A stretch of 64,000 nt of DNA, taken from assembly GCF_026210795.1 (NCBI RefSeq), contig NC_089429.1:6076001-6140000 (forward strand), in the 5' to 3' direction. The notes under the pieces are model-generated. The model was not told where the DNA came from and did no database searches. It saw nothing but the letters and a program-made list of their open reading frames with translations. Origin of the DNA: Rhizophagus irregularis. Its lineage: Eukaryota. Position 1 is the stretch's first letter; the number at the start of each line of letters is the position of its first letter. This document shows positions 24,569-37,392 of this stretch, piece after piece. The translations under genes and the position numbers were made by a program.

Positions 24569-25771
24569 TCAATTTACATATTGTTCATAATCCTTACTAT
24601 TAAGTACATCTTTAGTATCGGACATATTATTATTTTCTTTTGTATAATAAATTTTTTTCAAATGTACACAATTTGAAAAAATATTACCAACTAAATTCAA
24701 ATTATTAGGATTAATGACCATAGTTAATCTTATTATTTTTGAACAATACATAGATATAATGTTAATTAATGTTTCATTTTCGATTAAATAATCTCGAGAC
24801 TCAAGTGTATGACGTATATTAATTTCTGAAATTTTGCCACCAGATCTTTCGATTATTAAGTATTCAATATTACATGGCAAGTATGAAGTTTCTAAATATT
24901 GTAAATTTGGAAAAAAGGACGTTCTTAAATAGAGCTCCCATTCTTGCCATATTATACTATTATAAAATTCACCATCATCATCATTATATAAGATTAAATA
25001 TTGTAAGTTCGTTAATGATGGAAAAAAACTGGGTGAAATTAATGTGATGGTTAATCTCAAAATGATTTTTTTTAGCGTGATAGCATTACTACCAATCATA
25101 TCACTTAATTGTTCACACAAAAGTGGTAGATTATTTTTCATTCTAATAAATGAAATTAAATCATCATTATCCTTACTATTTATTACTTCAAGGTCTGCTA
25201 TATTTTGACAATCTATAATGGCTAAAAGTTCTGGAATCATATATTCTACATTTATTTTCAATTGACGTATGCCGGAAAAAAATTCTTTTACATTTGGACA
25301 AAATAAAAACAAACTTTTATTTTTAATCCAATCGAAATACTTTATATTTTTACATTTGCTAAAAATAAATTGATATATTTCAAATTCAAATACATTTTCT
25401 TCGTGAACAGAAAGAGAATCCGTCTTAATCGAAAGTTGTACCATATCTTCAATCCAAATCGGTGAAAGATAGGTAAAAAAATCCATATAATTAAATAATA
25501 ATTTATTTGAAATTGGATTTGAAGGTAAATTAATATTTAATTCAGACAACTTATCTTTTGGAAGAAAATGGAAAATTATATTATATAGTTTTTTACGTGA
25601 TTCTATTTTATGAACATAAGGATTATAAGAATAAAAAAAATATTTCCATAAAATTGGTATTGCCAAACAACACCAAGTTCTGTTCACTAAAATGCATGAA
25701 TATAACGAAGCGGAGTCAAACCGCAATTCAGTTAAGATCAATAGAAGAATATCATCGATAAGTTTTGTCAT
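24569..25771 (-). CDS. F-box/LRR (RNI-like) protein, intronless, 400 aa
   Basis: MTKLIDDILLLILTEL..D.ASLYSCILVNRTWC.LAIPILWK plus LRR-like repeats; distant paralog of 20628-21974. Confidence 0.85.
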   Translation of the reverse strand: MTKLIDDILLLILTELRFDSASLYSCILVNRTWCCLAIPILWKYFFYSYNPYVHKIESRKKLYNIIFHFLPKDKLSELNINLPSNPISNKLLFNYMDFFTYLSPIWIEDMVQLSIKTDSLSVHEENVFEFEIYQFIFSKCKNIKYFDWIKNKSLFLFCPNVKEFFSGIRQLKINVEYMIPELLAIIDCQNIADLEVINSKDNDDLISFIRMKNNLPLLCEQLSDMIGSNAITLKKIILRLTITLISPSFFPSLTNLQYLILYNDDDGEFYNSIIWQEWELYLRTSFFPNLQYLETSYLPCNIEYLIIERSGGKISEINIRHTLESRDYLIENETLINIISMYCSKIIRLTMVINPNNLNLVGNIFSNCVHLKKIYYTKENNNMSDTKDVLNSKDYEQYVN

Positions 25772-27001
25772 TATTAATGAAGAAGGATAACGATAGAAAT
25801 TATTAAATTGTAAATAAATTATGAGTATTAAATTGTATGAAAATAAAAAGTATGAAACAGTATGAAACGATAAAATATAACAAACGAACTCATGCTTAAT
25901 TTATAATGTTTGTTAAATTTATGGGTTGTACACGTGAGAGACGAAAAACATGAATTTTGATCTACTAACAATAAAAAACCCAAAAAACCCCTTTGTAAGA
26001 TGATTATTTTAATTTCTTTGTATAAAGAATCTGATATTTTGTTAATCATAAGCTGATTATTAAACTGATTGTTTAAAATCATCATACATAATTATCAATC
26101 TAAAGTGATCCGAATGAATCCATTTAGGGTTATATTGAAATGTACAAGTACTAAGCCACTTATTTTTTTATGAGAACAAATCAGAGTTTTTGTTTATCGA
26201 AGTGATTTGATCCGATTTTAATGAAAATTTATAGTAAAAAAAAAATATCATATTAGAAATCCATTTATGATTTTATTGAAAGTACATAATTTTCCTATAT
26301 CCGGTAAATCCGAAAAAGCTCGGATTTTCTAAGAAAATTTTTATATTAATTTGTACTATTGTTGTAAAATTTTTTTTTTGAAATTTCTTAACTTTCTTCA
26401 ATCCTTTATAAAGAAATCCAGTTTCAAACATAGATTTAATAACCGAATCCAATAACAAAAATAACAAAATAAGTAATTTCGTTGATTACAATTTTAGACG
26501 TTAATTAAATAATAAGACAATATCAGATATGGATTTTTGAAACTTAAATATTATATGTCAGTGAAGTAAGTCCATTGTTCTGTATGTAGATCATTATTTA
26601 TGGACGTACGTAATGCATGTCTGAGATTTTAAATATGGTTACATTTTTCAATTACCAAAAGGTGGAGGTCAAAAATTAAATTTGAAATATGATTTTTTTT
26701 TTTTTTTAAACTGTACTACACAAGTGAAGTCTTGAACATCTTTTTTTTCTTTAAAAAATGATAAAATGAATAAATTCCGGTAATGGTTAAGAAGTGCCAT
26801 TTTTGTATTTATTATAAAAGTTCCGTCAGAGAAGTTTGAATCTTTTAAATGAAGAAAATTCATGTAAATCCAAAGAAAAAAAAATAATTGTGAAAAAGGA
26901 AAACTGCTTTGAGGAGCAAAGAATGGTAGGCGGATAAATTGTTTAGGTCGCACATACATGAATGGTCCATGCACGTGACCCGGATGATGATCTTCGATAA
27001 A

Positions 27002-27150
27002 TTTTTTTTAAACGTATTTCTTTATTAGTAAAATGTGAAAGAACAAATTACATATTAAATACAAAAAATATATTGAAATTTAGTGAAACATAAGTTTGCC
27101 CTAAATCTCACCATATCAAAATCTTCGTATAATAAAACGAAATAGCAATT
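27002..27150 (-). repeat. LINE 3'-UTR stub; second copy at ~29655-29800
   Basis: The two segments align (aaacgtatt...aaatacaaaaaata.attgaaatttag...ctaaatctc.ccatatcaaaatct.cgtat) and follow a T-run, which is the poly-A on the minus strand. Confidence 0.6.
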
Positions 27151-28189
27151 AATTAAATATTTGGAACTAAATTATATATATTCTATGTAGTATTGACTAA
27201 ATTACTAATTACTTTGTTACCCATTAATCTAAATACGTCATCTTTACAGTAGGAATTTAATATGGTAATAATTAGTTAACAAAAAATTTATAAAATAATA
27301 TGTATTAAATTATATTTACAAAATAATGTAGCTATTTATATTAATGATTTGACGTTTGAGTGTAGAATGAAATTCGGATTAATTAAGGAATTGTGAAAAA
27401 ATAATTATCAATAAAAATTGATTAATTTTTTAGAAGTATTTTCTAAAAAACTTTAAATATTATGAAAATACTACAAATATTTTTATTAATTAATTATAAA
27501 TTTTATAATTATTTCTTATTATTTTATATTACGTCAATCTTAAACTTATAACCAACTTAGGAAAAATATTTGAACAATTAAATTTATTAGAATCCGTTCA
27601 TTTCATTTATTATTATTCTTCTTTTGATACTCATTTTACTCGATAAATTATTAATTTAACAGAGAATTTCGGATATGGATTTGGTTATAATAATCTATTA
27701 TTATTAAATTAACAATTTCTTCAATTAATTGATTATAAAATATTGTAAAAATATCTTTTTTTTTTTTGATTTTTATGAATTTGAAAATCAAACTATTTAT
27801 CCAGCGTTCAATTTAATTGAAAAAATCTTAATCATCTTTCTATCAACGTCGGTCAATTTTCCTACATGTCATATTGATTTTTTTAAAAAATAATAATTTT
27901 GTAAATATATTTAATATAATATTTTATTTCTTTATTTAATAATAATAAAAATTGAAAGAAAAAGAAAAAAAATTAAAAAAATATTGGGGAAAGAAAAAGG
28001 ATAAAGAAAGAAATCGGTTTAAAAAAAAAGGGAAACTTCCGAAAAAAAAGGAATCCGAAAAAAAAATAAGTACCGAAAAAATTCCGAAAAAAAAGGACAA
28101 TAATTCGATCCAAAAATTAAAGGACAAACTTTATTTTATTAATTAAACCCCTCTTATCATTCGATCCTTACTGAATGCTCCTCATTACA

Positions 28190-28360
28190 TGTCTATATAT
28201 ATCTGATATATAAAAGTTCTAATAAAAATATCTAACATATAGCTATATTAAATATATTAACTAAATTAAACATAAACATATTTAATATATCGCATATGCA
28301 GCATTTGGAACATTGATCGTTAACGCCGAATTTGGTCACGTGATCGATCGTTTGCTACAA
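28190..28360. repeat. Dispersed repeat; second copy at ~43720-43955
   Basis: Shared aaaatatctaacatat...aaattaaacata...ggtcacgtgatcgatcg..gctaca. Confidence 0.65.
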
Positions 28361-28439
28361 TAGCGTTAATCATTAAAAAAATAAAAAGAAAATTTTCCTA
28401 AACTAAAAGCTGAAATATATCATTTATACAATACGTTGA

Positions 28440-29395
28440 AATTATTATACAAAAACATCGTTTCTAAATGGACCAAAGATCAAATAGGCTATTACATCAA
28501 TGAAACAAGCGACAACTTAACGAAGAAACAAACTAAAATGATTAACTACTATCATATAACGGAATCCTAGGCGTATTATATTAGATAGACTACTTTATAC
28601 CGATCTAAACAATGATCATATTTTTACTAAAAATCCAGATATTATCAAAAAGGAATGTATTAAACCTTATCAAAATATAGCTAAAAGAGACGATGAATCA
28701 ATATACACGGATATATCCGACCTACCTATCGAATGGCAAAACACATATGATCCTACTCAACAACAAATAAAAGACTCATGGTACCATGGAAATCACGATT
28801 GATGATATCATTAACATATTCCCTAAATTAAGTAGACGAAAAGCACCAGGACCCTCCAAGATCACCAACGAAGATTTAATTCATCTTGACACATACGCGC
28901 TTAATATCCTAATAATATTAATTAACAAATGTTTACAACTAGAAATCATACCAACTAAATGGAAAGAGGCACTCTTATTCCCTATTCCGAAACCACACGA
29001 CTGGAATAGCAAGCTATCCAATACACGCCCTATTACATTACTAGAGACACCCAGAAAATTAATGGTGTCCATTATATCTAATAAGTTAAATAACATTCTC
29101 TCATCACACATAATATTACAACCTAATAACCGCGCAGGTATCGATTATTTGTCAAGTAACCTTTATGAATCATAATTCAAGATTTATATAAAGCGTATGA
29201 TCGCGTAGATATTTCGCTATTAAAATTAGCCTCCGTATACCTAAAAAATCATTATTTTTTTTTATTAATTTATTCACTAATCGTCGAAATTCCATTATTC
29301 TCCCTAATGGAGAATTAAGTAATTATCAACAAGGTAAAGTAGAATCGCCCTTATGATGGAATATATATTACGACCCTACTTTACAGAAACTTCAA
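28440..29395 (+). mobile_element. Non-LTR retrotransposon RT, N-terminal half (pseudogenised)
   Basis: KAPGPS, WKEALLFPIPKP, TRPITLLETPRK, QDL.KAYDRV, QG.V.SPL*WNIYYDP. Confidence 0.9.
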
Positions 29396-32300
29396 TTTTT
29401 ATCCAATGTCATTTGGATGTTTAAATAGAATCGGGACGGTGCTGTGCCAATTGAATTCACGAGTAAGTTAACATTAAGTAATGGAAAAAATTACGATATA
29501 CTGCCATATCCGTTACTATGCATGGTAAATCATTTTAAATGTATTGCAGATATATCGCCATAATTATTGTAAAAATATCGTAACAATGTATTTAAATTAT
29601 CTAAACTATGTTGTTAAGTGAAATAACATTTAAGTAGTATATATATATATATATTTTTTAATTGATAAACGTATTCTTTTGTTTAGTAAATGAAGTAGAA
29701 CATATTACTCGATAAATACAAAAAATACATTGAAATTTAGGCAAACATAGTTTACACTAAATCTCTCCATATCAAAATCTCCGTATGTAAAATGAAGTAA
29801 AGACTAACGTAACCAGATCGCTATTCTAATGACTAAACTAAATCTAAAACTTATCTAATTCTAAAAAAAATTACTATATACGTTATCCTAAAATTATAAT
29901 ATATTTTTTTTTCTACTTTTCTATTATTATCTAATTTCATACTTGCTTGCCATCGAAATTTGTCTTTAATTTGGTGATATGTTAATCTTGAATCAACCAT
30001 CCTAAAAAAATAATTTCATTCACCCTTTGTTATCGACACCTTAATTCCACCACTTTTATATATTTTTCCATAAGCATTGCTAAAATGCAGCATGGCTTTA
30101 ACTGTCTTATACTTATAACATTGTTTGACTCTCATATATTCTATAAACCCTACATTTTTATTCAATTGATTATAAATTTCCATATCATCCCAATAACATG
30201 GAATATTATAAAATGTAACTTCTCAGCAAAATTCTTATCCAGAAAATCTTTATCGTGATCACTGATCGCTCCAAGCTTTACCTTACTGATCATCCATTTT
30301 TTTGATCTGTGCACGCGCACGCTTCCATTTTTTGCTTACATTAAAGTAGTATATATTTCTTATACAATTATTATTTGATATATTGTGAGATGTTATGTAG
30401 GAATCGTCACAATCATGAATAAAATGTGCTCTAATAACTAAATTTATTACAGATAATGGAAAAATACATCACCACCAATTAGTATTTGCTCGTAACCTAT
30501 TATATATTGGACAGCCCAGTTAAATTACAAAAAAGAAAGGAGAAATTTAATAGCCACCTTTTGGGAATTTTTCTTCACAAATTTTTTTGGTCGGCGCAGC
30601 AAAAATTTAGATGAGAAGTGAGGTGATTTACTGTGGAGGCAAACTGAACGCTGAGATCAGCCATATCCGCAGCAAATCACGTGGTCTGTGTAAAAGTGAT
30701 GATGGGAACCTTATTCTCAAGTCTCATGTTCGCACGAAAAAAATTTTTTGAGAAATTAGTAAAAGGTTTCTTGATGGATCTCCTATGGATTTTTGAGGAA
30801 TTGGGCTGGACAAGGGTACCGCCAAACCAACTGAGCTGCTATATCGAATGACTTGCTTTATGCTTCACGTTCAACTGGGGGTTATGGCTAGTTTAGTTTC
30901 TTGGGAATACATACTAATATTTTGTTTTGTAGGTTGTGAGTACTTGGTGTCAGAAAAGAGGTGTTCCTATTCTTTTTTTTCCAAACAAGTGATAGACTTA
31001 GCTTCTTTGTTTAGGTTAGGGCACATTTCTGTATAACGGCATACACATGTTGTTGCTTGGGGTTAGATAGGTTAGGATATGTCAATAAGGGCAAATTACT
31101 TTGTTTCTAGGATTTGTAGGAGAGCACAATAGGTATGGGCGTACCATTGCACGCATAGTGAGCTGTGGAAATTCCCTAGACAGTTGATGAGGAGTAGGAA
31201 GAAAGTGTTTAGGATTAGATTTAGTGATGTTTTATTAGGATAGATTAGTTTGTTATAGAGTCATATCATGTTAGCATGAGTTCCTCTATGTATTTCTGCA
31301 AATTAAATAGGTTCTATCAGCGACCTCAATGTTCAGAAAGAATTGGCAAAACCTAAAAAAAAAAACCAAAAAATAAACTATTAATAAGTTTATTAAAATA
31401 AATTATTAAAAAAAAAAAATTAAAATTACTTACCAAAATTTCATATCCAAAGATCTGAGAGAATGTCCTAAAAAAACATAAACGAATTGTTAGTAGAAAC
31501 TATTTGTTAAAAGGGAAAAAAAAATTGAAAACATACACTTACTGAAATCAAATATCCAGAGAAATCTGAAAGAACCATCTAAAAAAAGAAAAAGAAACGA
31601 ACAGTTAGTAACCATTCATTAAGTTAAAAATAAAAAATAAAAATTTACTTGCTAAATTCCCACGTTCAAAGAGACTCAAAAAATCACCTAAAAAAAAAGA
31701 AAAAGAACTGAACTGTTAATATTAGTTTGTTAAAACATTAAAAAAAAAATGAAAAATATATTTTACCGAAATCTGATTTCCATATCCAGAAGAAAATGGA
31801 ACATACAAAGAAATAAGAAAAGTTTTCTCAAAAGAAGAAAAAAAATTGCTTCGCAAAACTTACCATATCAAATCAAACCCAAAAAGGAAAAGCTTATTTT
31901 TAGTTTAAATAGTTTAAATAAATAACTGTCTGCAGCTGCGGCTGCGGTTATATTAATATTGTATCACGTGATTTATGTGATATATAATTTATATAAATAG
32001 GAGGCTTTCTCCGAAATTCAAAATTTTTTTTTAATCTTTAATTGATATGTATATATGTGCTTATATACAGTATACACACATATATATATCTAATATAAAT
32101 AATGATATGTATAATGTATTTGTCAGAAAGTCATTTACAATACATTATACTAAATATAATGAAGGAGTTTGATATCATTAGATCTGGTAAAAACATTTCC
32201 TTGAAACTTTTCATTAGATAGAACGAATAAACTATATACTTTAATTAATTAATTAACTCATTTATTCTTTATGAGCTCTGCATAATATTCTTTTAAATCA

Positions 32301-33334
32301 TTTCATCTCTTTTTAAAAAAAGTGTTTAAAGCTAAACTTTAACAAGATCAGACACCACTAAAGTAAGAAGCTTAAAATTTTTGGATGATTTCTGATGAAT
32401 ATTTGCTCTTTAGATAGAGCTAGACGTGTAAAATTTTGTTGGTATATCGATCATATCCCTTATATTATTTGGCTGTGATTTTTCCGGGATCATCTTTATG
32501 AATCAATTTCACCTGATGTCATGTGATTATAAACAAAAATGAAAGTATTTATTTTTTTATTTTAATTTGATGAATGTTTAAATTGCTCATTTATTTTTAT
32601 TTTTTCTTTTTAGGGATTCTTTGAAGTACCTTAATTATACCTTTCATTAGCAATGCAAACATTCTGGATTTATTATTAGTATAATCAGACTTGAAGTTAG
32701 TGGTCATAAGCTATCTCACCAGCTGGCAAAGTGTATGAAATTTCTTTTAATTCACAAAGAAAGCCTTGCTAAAGTTATCTTTAGTGTAGGTCTAGTAATA
32801 CATTGCCTTAATTGAGCGTGGCTACGAAGTTTATGATTCCACTAGCAATTGACCTATAGTCACATGATAGTCACATGCTAGAAGTGTTTTAGTCGCTAAA
32901 TCTGAGGCTATGAATCTCTGATTTATTTTTCTTTAAAAAGCTTCATTGTATTGATATTTATTAATAAATAATTACAAAAAAAAATTATTTGTTTTTGATT
33001 GTATCACAATAAGCAACGCAAAAATATTTATCTTTTAAAAAATTATTGTATATAAAAAATGCATTTAGAATACCATGAATATGCTACAAAGATATCTTCT
33101 TAACAATTTCACAATATTGTAAAAAATATCTATCCAGTATAGTTAAAATGTCATGAAAATTAACGTTACATGACCACATCAATATCATCCAAATGTCATT
33201 TCATTATTGGGATGATATACCAAAAAAATTTGATCGTCACATTACTTTTAAGATTCATAGACAGTATAGTTAAGGTAGCTTAATGATACCTTAAAAAATT
33301 TTAAGTTTCTGCAAAGTATGTTTAAAAAGTTGAA
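29391..33334. mobile_element. ~3.9-kb composite insertion with degenerate inverted ends, splitting the LINE RT
   Basis: Ends ttcaattttta / taaaaagttgaa. Subterminal inverted blocks aatgtcatttggatg / catccaaatgtcatt and catggta / taccatg. The RT frame resumes at ~33340. No TSD found. Confidence 0.45.
31330..31900 (-). other. Array of 34-36-nt exons separated by short canonical-looking introns; no long ORF
   Basis: Donors GTAAGT/GTAAAA/GCAAGT at 31863, 31766, 31652, 31542 and 31433. Branch points (CT)ACTAAC. T-tract-TAG acceptors at 31688, 31579, 31468 and 31353. Confidence 0.6.
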
Positions 33335-33339
33335 CGGAC

Positions 33340-36300
33340 TCATGGATCTTACATACAGCTGCTCAACTACACGATTGACCAACATACTTCATAGAGACAA
33401 TGATATAAAACATAGTTTTGACACGTCATTAGTAGGATATCTAGACGATACTACTTGGTTTGGATCCTCTATAGAACAAACTCAACAACAAATTATCAAT
33501 TGCTAACTCTTTTTATCAGTTAGCAAAAATTCAAATTAACCTAGACAAATATAAAGTTCTAAGTAATCAAAAGACCTCAGCGAAAACAAGCCACAAATAG
33601 AGGCTAATATATCATTAAATAGGAAGGGTGAAAGTCTTTATATTAATGCCCTAAACCGACACCACCAAACACTTAACAAAGTAGTTTATACATATTACAT
33701 CACAATGAAAAATAAAAAATTGACTCATGACCATATGTCATATATAATCAATAAGATTATTATTCGCAGACAACGTGATATATAACCACTTATTTCCGCA
33801 CATAGACAATTTTTTCGATACGCAAGTCAAAACTCAATTGAATATTTTATCAGCGTTATTTAACACAGATATTACGTCCTATTGTATTACAAAAACTTGA
33901 TATTCTCACGCGTGAAATTTGGTATCCTACTATTCCTCACAAATATATTGATTCTATAACAAAACCATCATACCTAGCTAAAAGTTTAGCTCTAATATCT
34001 CTTTATGACTTTAAAATTGACCTAACAATAGATTGGAAAACCATTGGAGGAACACACACATTAGAGATTACATCCCGAATTTGGATTCCTCAGCGTTAAG
34101 ATCTTTGAGGAAGAAATATATTTCAATTGGTATCTGCTGCGGATGGTAATTACTTACTTACGTGGAATGAAGTTAAAAATTAACAATTCTAACAATTTCA
34201 AAGGCAAAATACCGAAATGGTTTAAAGAAATAGAAACAAACTACACTTTAATCAACTATCGCACACTTACATACCCACTCTAAGATACTATTGCTATTCC
34301 ACATCGTCTACAAAGTTGACACATGGTTGTTCACCTCGACATAAAGAATGGACGTTACATTGGAACGACTCTCTCAAAACTATAATTTTTGGAAAGACTT
34401 TAAAATACAGGAAACTGATCATAATTCATCAATCACATATGCAGAACATTATATTCCAGCACCAATGGACCGCATTTATAAATTTAGAGCTTGGACTCGA
34501 GTCAGGACTCGAGTTAACTCGAGTTAATTTGAGTCAAAGTTAAAGTGCGAGCCAAAAAACTTATCCATAATTTTACCCAGACCGTTATAGTCATAGTGCC
34601 GGCAGGAATTACAAATAGGTTCGGCCAGCACTATCAACCACGTGATCCCGGTTGACTCGAGTGCGAGTTCAACCCGAGTCAACTCGAGTTACATGAGTGC
34701 GAGTCCAGCATGAACGACCTAGTGGCGTCTCCTTGACAAGCCCCGTTAATTCTAATCCCTTGTACAGGATGTACCTTACATTCTTATTATCGCATGACAT
34801 CAGACCTCGAGAACACAAATATTTTTCTAATCTTTTTACTTCTAAATATTATTTAGCTACTAAACCTCTACCCAATTTACGTTATATAGCATATATTATT
34901 TTTTACATAATCAAGACAATTCCACGACTCGAGTATCACAGCACAACATATCTTTATCACTTAAAAATGTTATAACAGAAATCGAAAAGGCTATTAGTTG
35001 TCATCATTCTATTACCCAAAGACTCATAGACTTGGCCGATTGATTTTAACCCTTATAACAATTTTCACTTTTATACAGATGGATCAGTTAAAAAGGCTCT
35101 CAACAATGTAAGAGTGGGTTCGGATGGATTCAAACCTCTCATCCAGCACCTCAAAGCTTTTTTCATGGGTCAACAGTATTCTTTCTCTCATCCTATAAAA
35201 GCGAATCTATGGGGATTCTCACAGCGCTTATCACACTTCCTTACCATAGCACTTGCATAATATCAGATATACACAGATTCGGCCAATTATATACAAACTT
35301 CTCAAAAGCGTTTAATTCACCAACACTTAGTCCACGTCGAAGATTAAGGCAGAACAACTCTCTGGTATGGGATTTAATTTTTTGGATAATCCACAATCGA
35401 TAGTCGATACATCACATTAATTCAAAGCCCACAATAACGACAAATATAACGATAGAGCCGACGCTCTAGCGTCTGCTGGAGCTGAATTAGAAGATCCCAT
35501 CATAGTTAATTATAAATTTTTCGATGCCACTTCTCTCAGATTCATTAATTAGAATAATATTTACATCGTTGATCGCAACGTAAGAAAATGGAGCAACACA
35601 GTTATTCAAGCACGCATATTTAATTCTACAGTCAATAAATTTTTCTCTAAAACAAATTGAAAATCAACTCACGCACGGTGTTATAGATTGGTATTATACC
35701 CAGCTTTGGCTTCACCACAACCCATATGACTCACCTACTAGCAACAAATTAGCTCGTGTTTGAGGATCTAAGATTAAAAAATCAACTCTTCTTTATCCCA
35801 CGGCGGACATATTACAACGTAACTATCCGAAACTTTATACATCAGGATACAAACACTCATATTGGACTATGTACTACACATTTCGACGACTTTAACGTTG
35901 TCATTAGAAACACAGAATTAAACTCATCGCTCCATTCACAGCTCATGCAACGAACTTTACAATGGGCATCAATGATCATGTTAATAAATCAAAAGTTTTC
36001 CGAATTCTTTAAAACCTTGGTGATGGACCTGACACTTCCATTCCCATATCCCATCCGAGCTTGTTGTTACTTTACCACCTAATACCGACTGAACTTACGG
36101 CTTTATTCTATAATTACTTGAACAGAAATCTTTACGTGATCCCTAGATATATTGATGACTTCATCCGTGATTTACATTACGTGACATGAAATAGACGTGC
36201 ATCTTCTTTCAAAAAATGGGAACTAGCACACAACATTCGACGAAAGGACAAAGATTTATTATCATAAACGATTAAAAAACAAGATGACACAAGACGCTCA

Positions 36301-36640
36301 CGGCATTCTCCGACTGATAATCGTGAGAACCGTCACCATCGAAGTATTTGACCTGCCTTATCATAAAGCGAATGCGAGAATTGATGATAAAGCTTATATT
36401 AGATGGACTTCTAAGTAATTTCCTACATTCTGGAACTTGGGAATCTCATAGAGATATTTTACTTTTTAACCAAATAGGTTTTACCTTATTTTTTTCTAAT
36501 TTGTCATGTTAGTTCCTTAGTGCGATTTATTTTTTATTCCCTAGCCCTTTTTACTCTCGTGTGTAGTGGGCGAGGATAAAATTTCAAGTACTAGTTAAGA
36601 TGTAGCTTACAGTAAAAGATTTCCTTATTTAAACATCCTC
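33340..36640 (+). mobile_element. Continuation of the same LINE: RT C-terminal half, RNase H, 3' region (pseudogenised)
   Basis: VGYLDDTTW; FYTDGS; S.YK.E.MGILTAL; KAHNNDKYNDRADALA; HP.CLL.YHLIP. Many stops and frameshifts. Confidence 0.85.
34485..34712. mobile_element. hAT-like MITE inserted in the LINE
   Basis: Imperfect TIR (AGAGCTTGGACTCG / CGAGTCCAGCATG) and clustered GACTCGAGT palindromes; TSD not resolved. Confidence 0.55.
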
Positions 36641-37096
36641 ATAATACAAGATTAAATGTTATAAAAGTGGTTTTAAATGTAAAATTTTTAAAAAAATTTT
36701 CTGTGGTTGTAGAGTAATTTTATCATCAAGATCCGAAGTATTTGATAGATTACTTTATAATAGAATGAAAGAAAAAACTTATTCCTCTGAAAGTAAAATT
36801 ATATTAAAATATATTTATAACGAATCATTTAAAAAGAACCTTTAACAAAAGAAAATATAATTGAAGCTTTTTATGTAGAAGATTATTTCAATTACCACAT
36901 TTTCAGAATTTATTATGAAAATTATTAAAAGTATTTTGTCTGTAATAAAATGCAAAAGTTAGATATACCTAAATAATTAATTTTTATTTTTATTTTTATT
37001 TAACAGTAATAGTTAGCGAATACAAATATACCTAAATAATTAATATCGATATTTCAGACCTTAAATTCGTAATTTGCATAGTAATAGTAATATCAT

Positions 37097-37230
37097 GAGC
37101 ATCCTTAACTTACGCATCAATTTAACGTACGCACCGGCCGGAGTTAAGTTTAACGCTATCACGTGCAAGTGCATAACTCCTAAACTCTGGTAGGATGTAC
37201 GTACGCACGGCGCGTACGTTAAGGAACCTC
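37097..37230. mobile_element. MULE-type MITE (134 bp)
   Basis: TIR GAG..TCCTTAAC.TACGC; perfect 10-bp TSD GTAATATCAT. Confidence 0.8.
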
Positions 37231-37268
37231 GTAATATCATTAGTTCTTATTCTATTAGTTCATATACT

Positions 37269-37392
37269 CCCTTAAAAAATTTTTATCCGAATATTTCCAT
37301 TATTTCTCTGACTTTCATAAAAATTCCGTGAAAATGATACATTCACGGAAAAATCATGGAAATATAAACATGGATCAACATTTTTTACAGGG
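37269..37392. mobile_element. MITE with CCCT..AGGG ends and a 3-bp TSD (CMC/CACTA-like)
   Basis: CCCT.TAAAAAA termini; ACT on both flanks; internal inverted ttccgtgaa / ttcacggaa. Confidence 0.65.

Noticed and set aside
27936..28146. Lys-rich and Phe-rich ORFs on opposite strands
   Set aside because: Low-complexity A-tract sequence; no evidence of coding.
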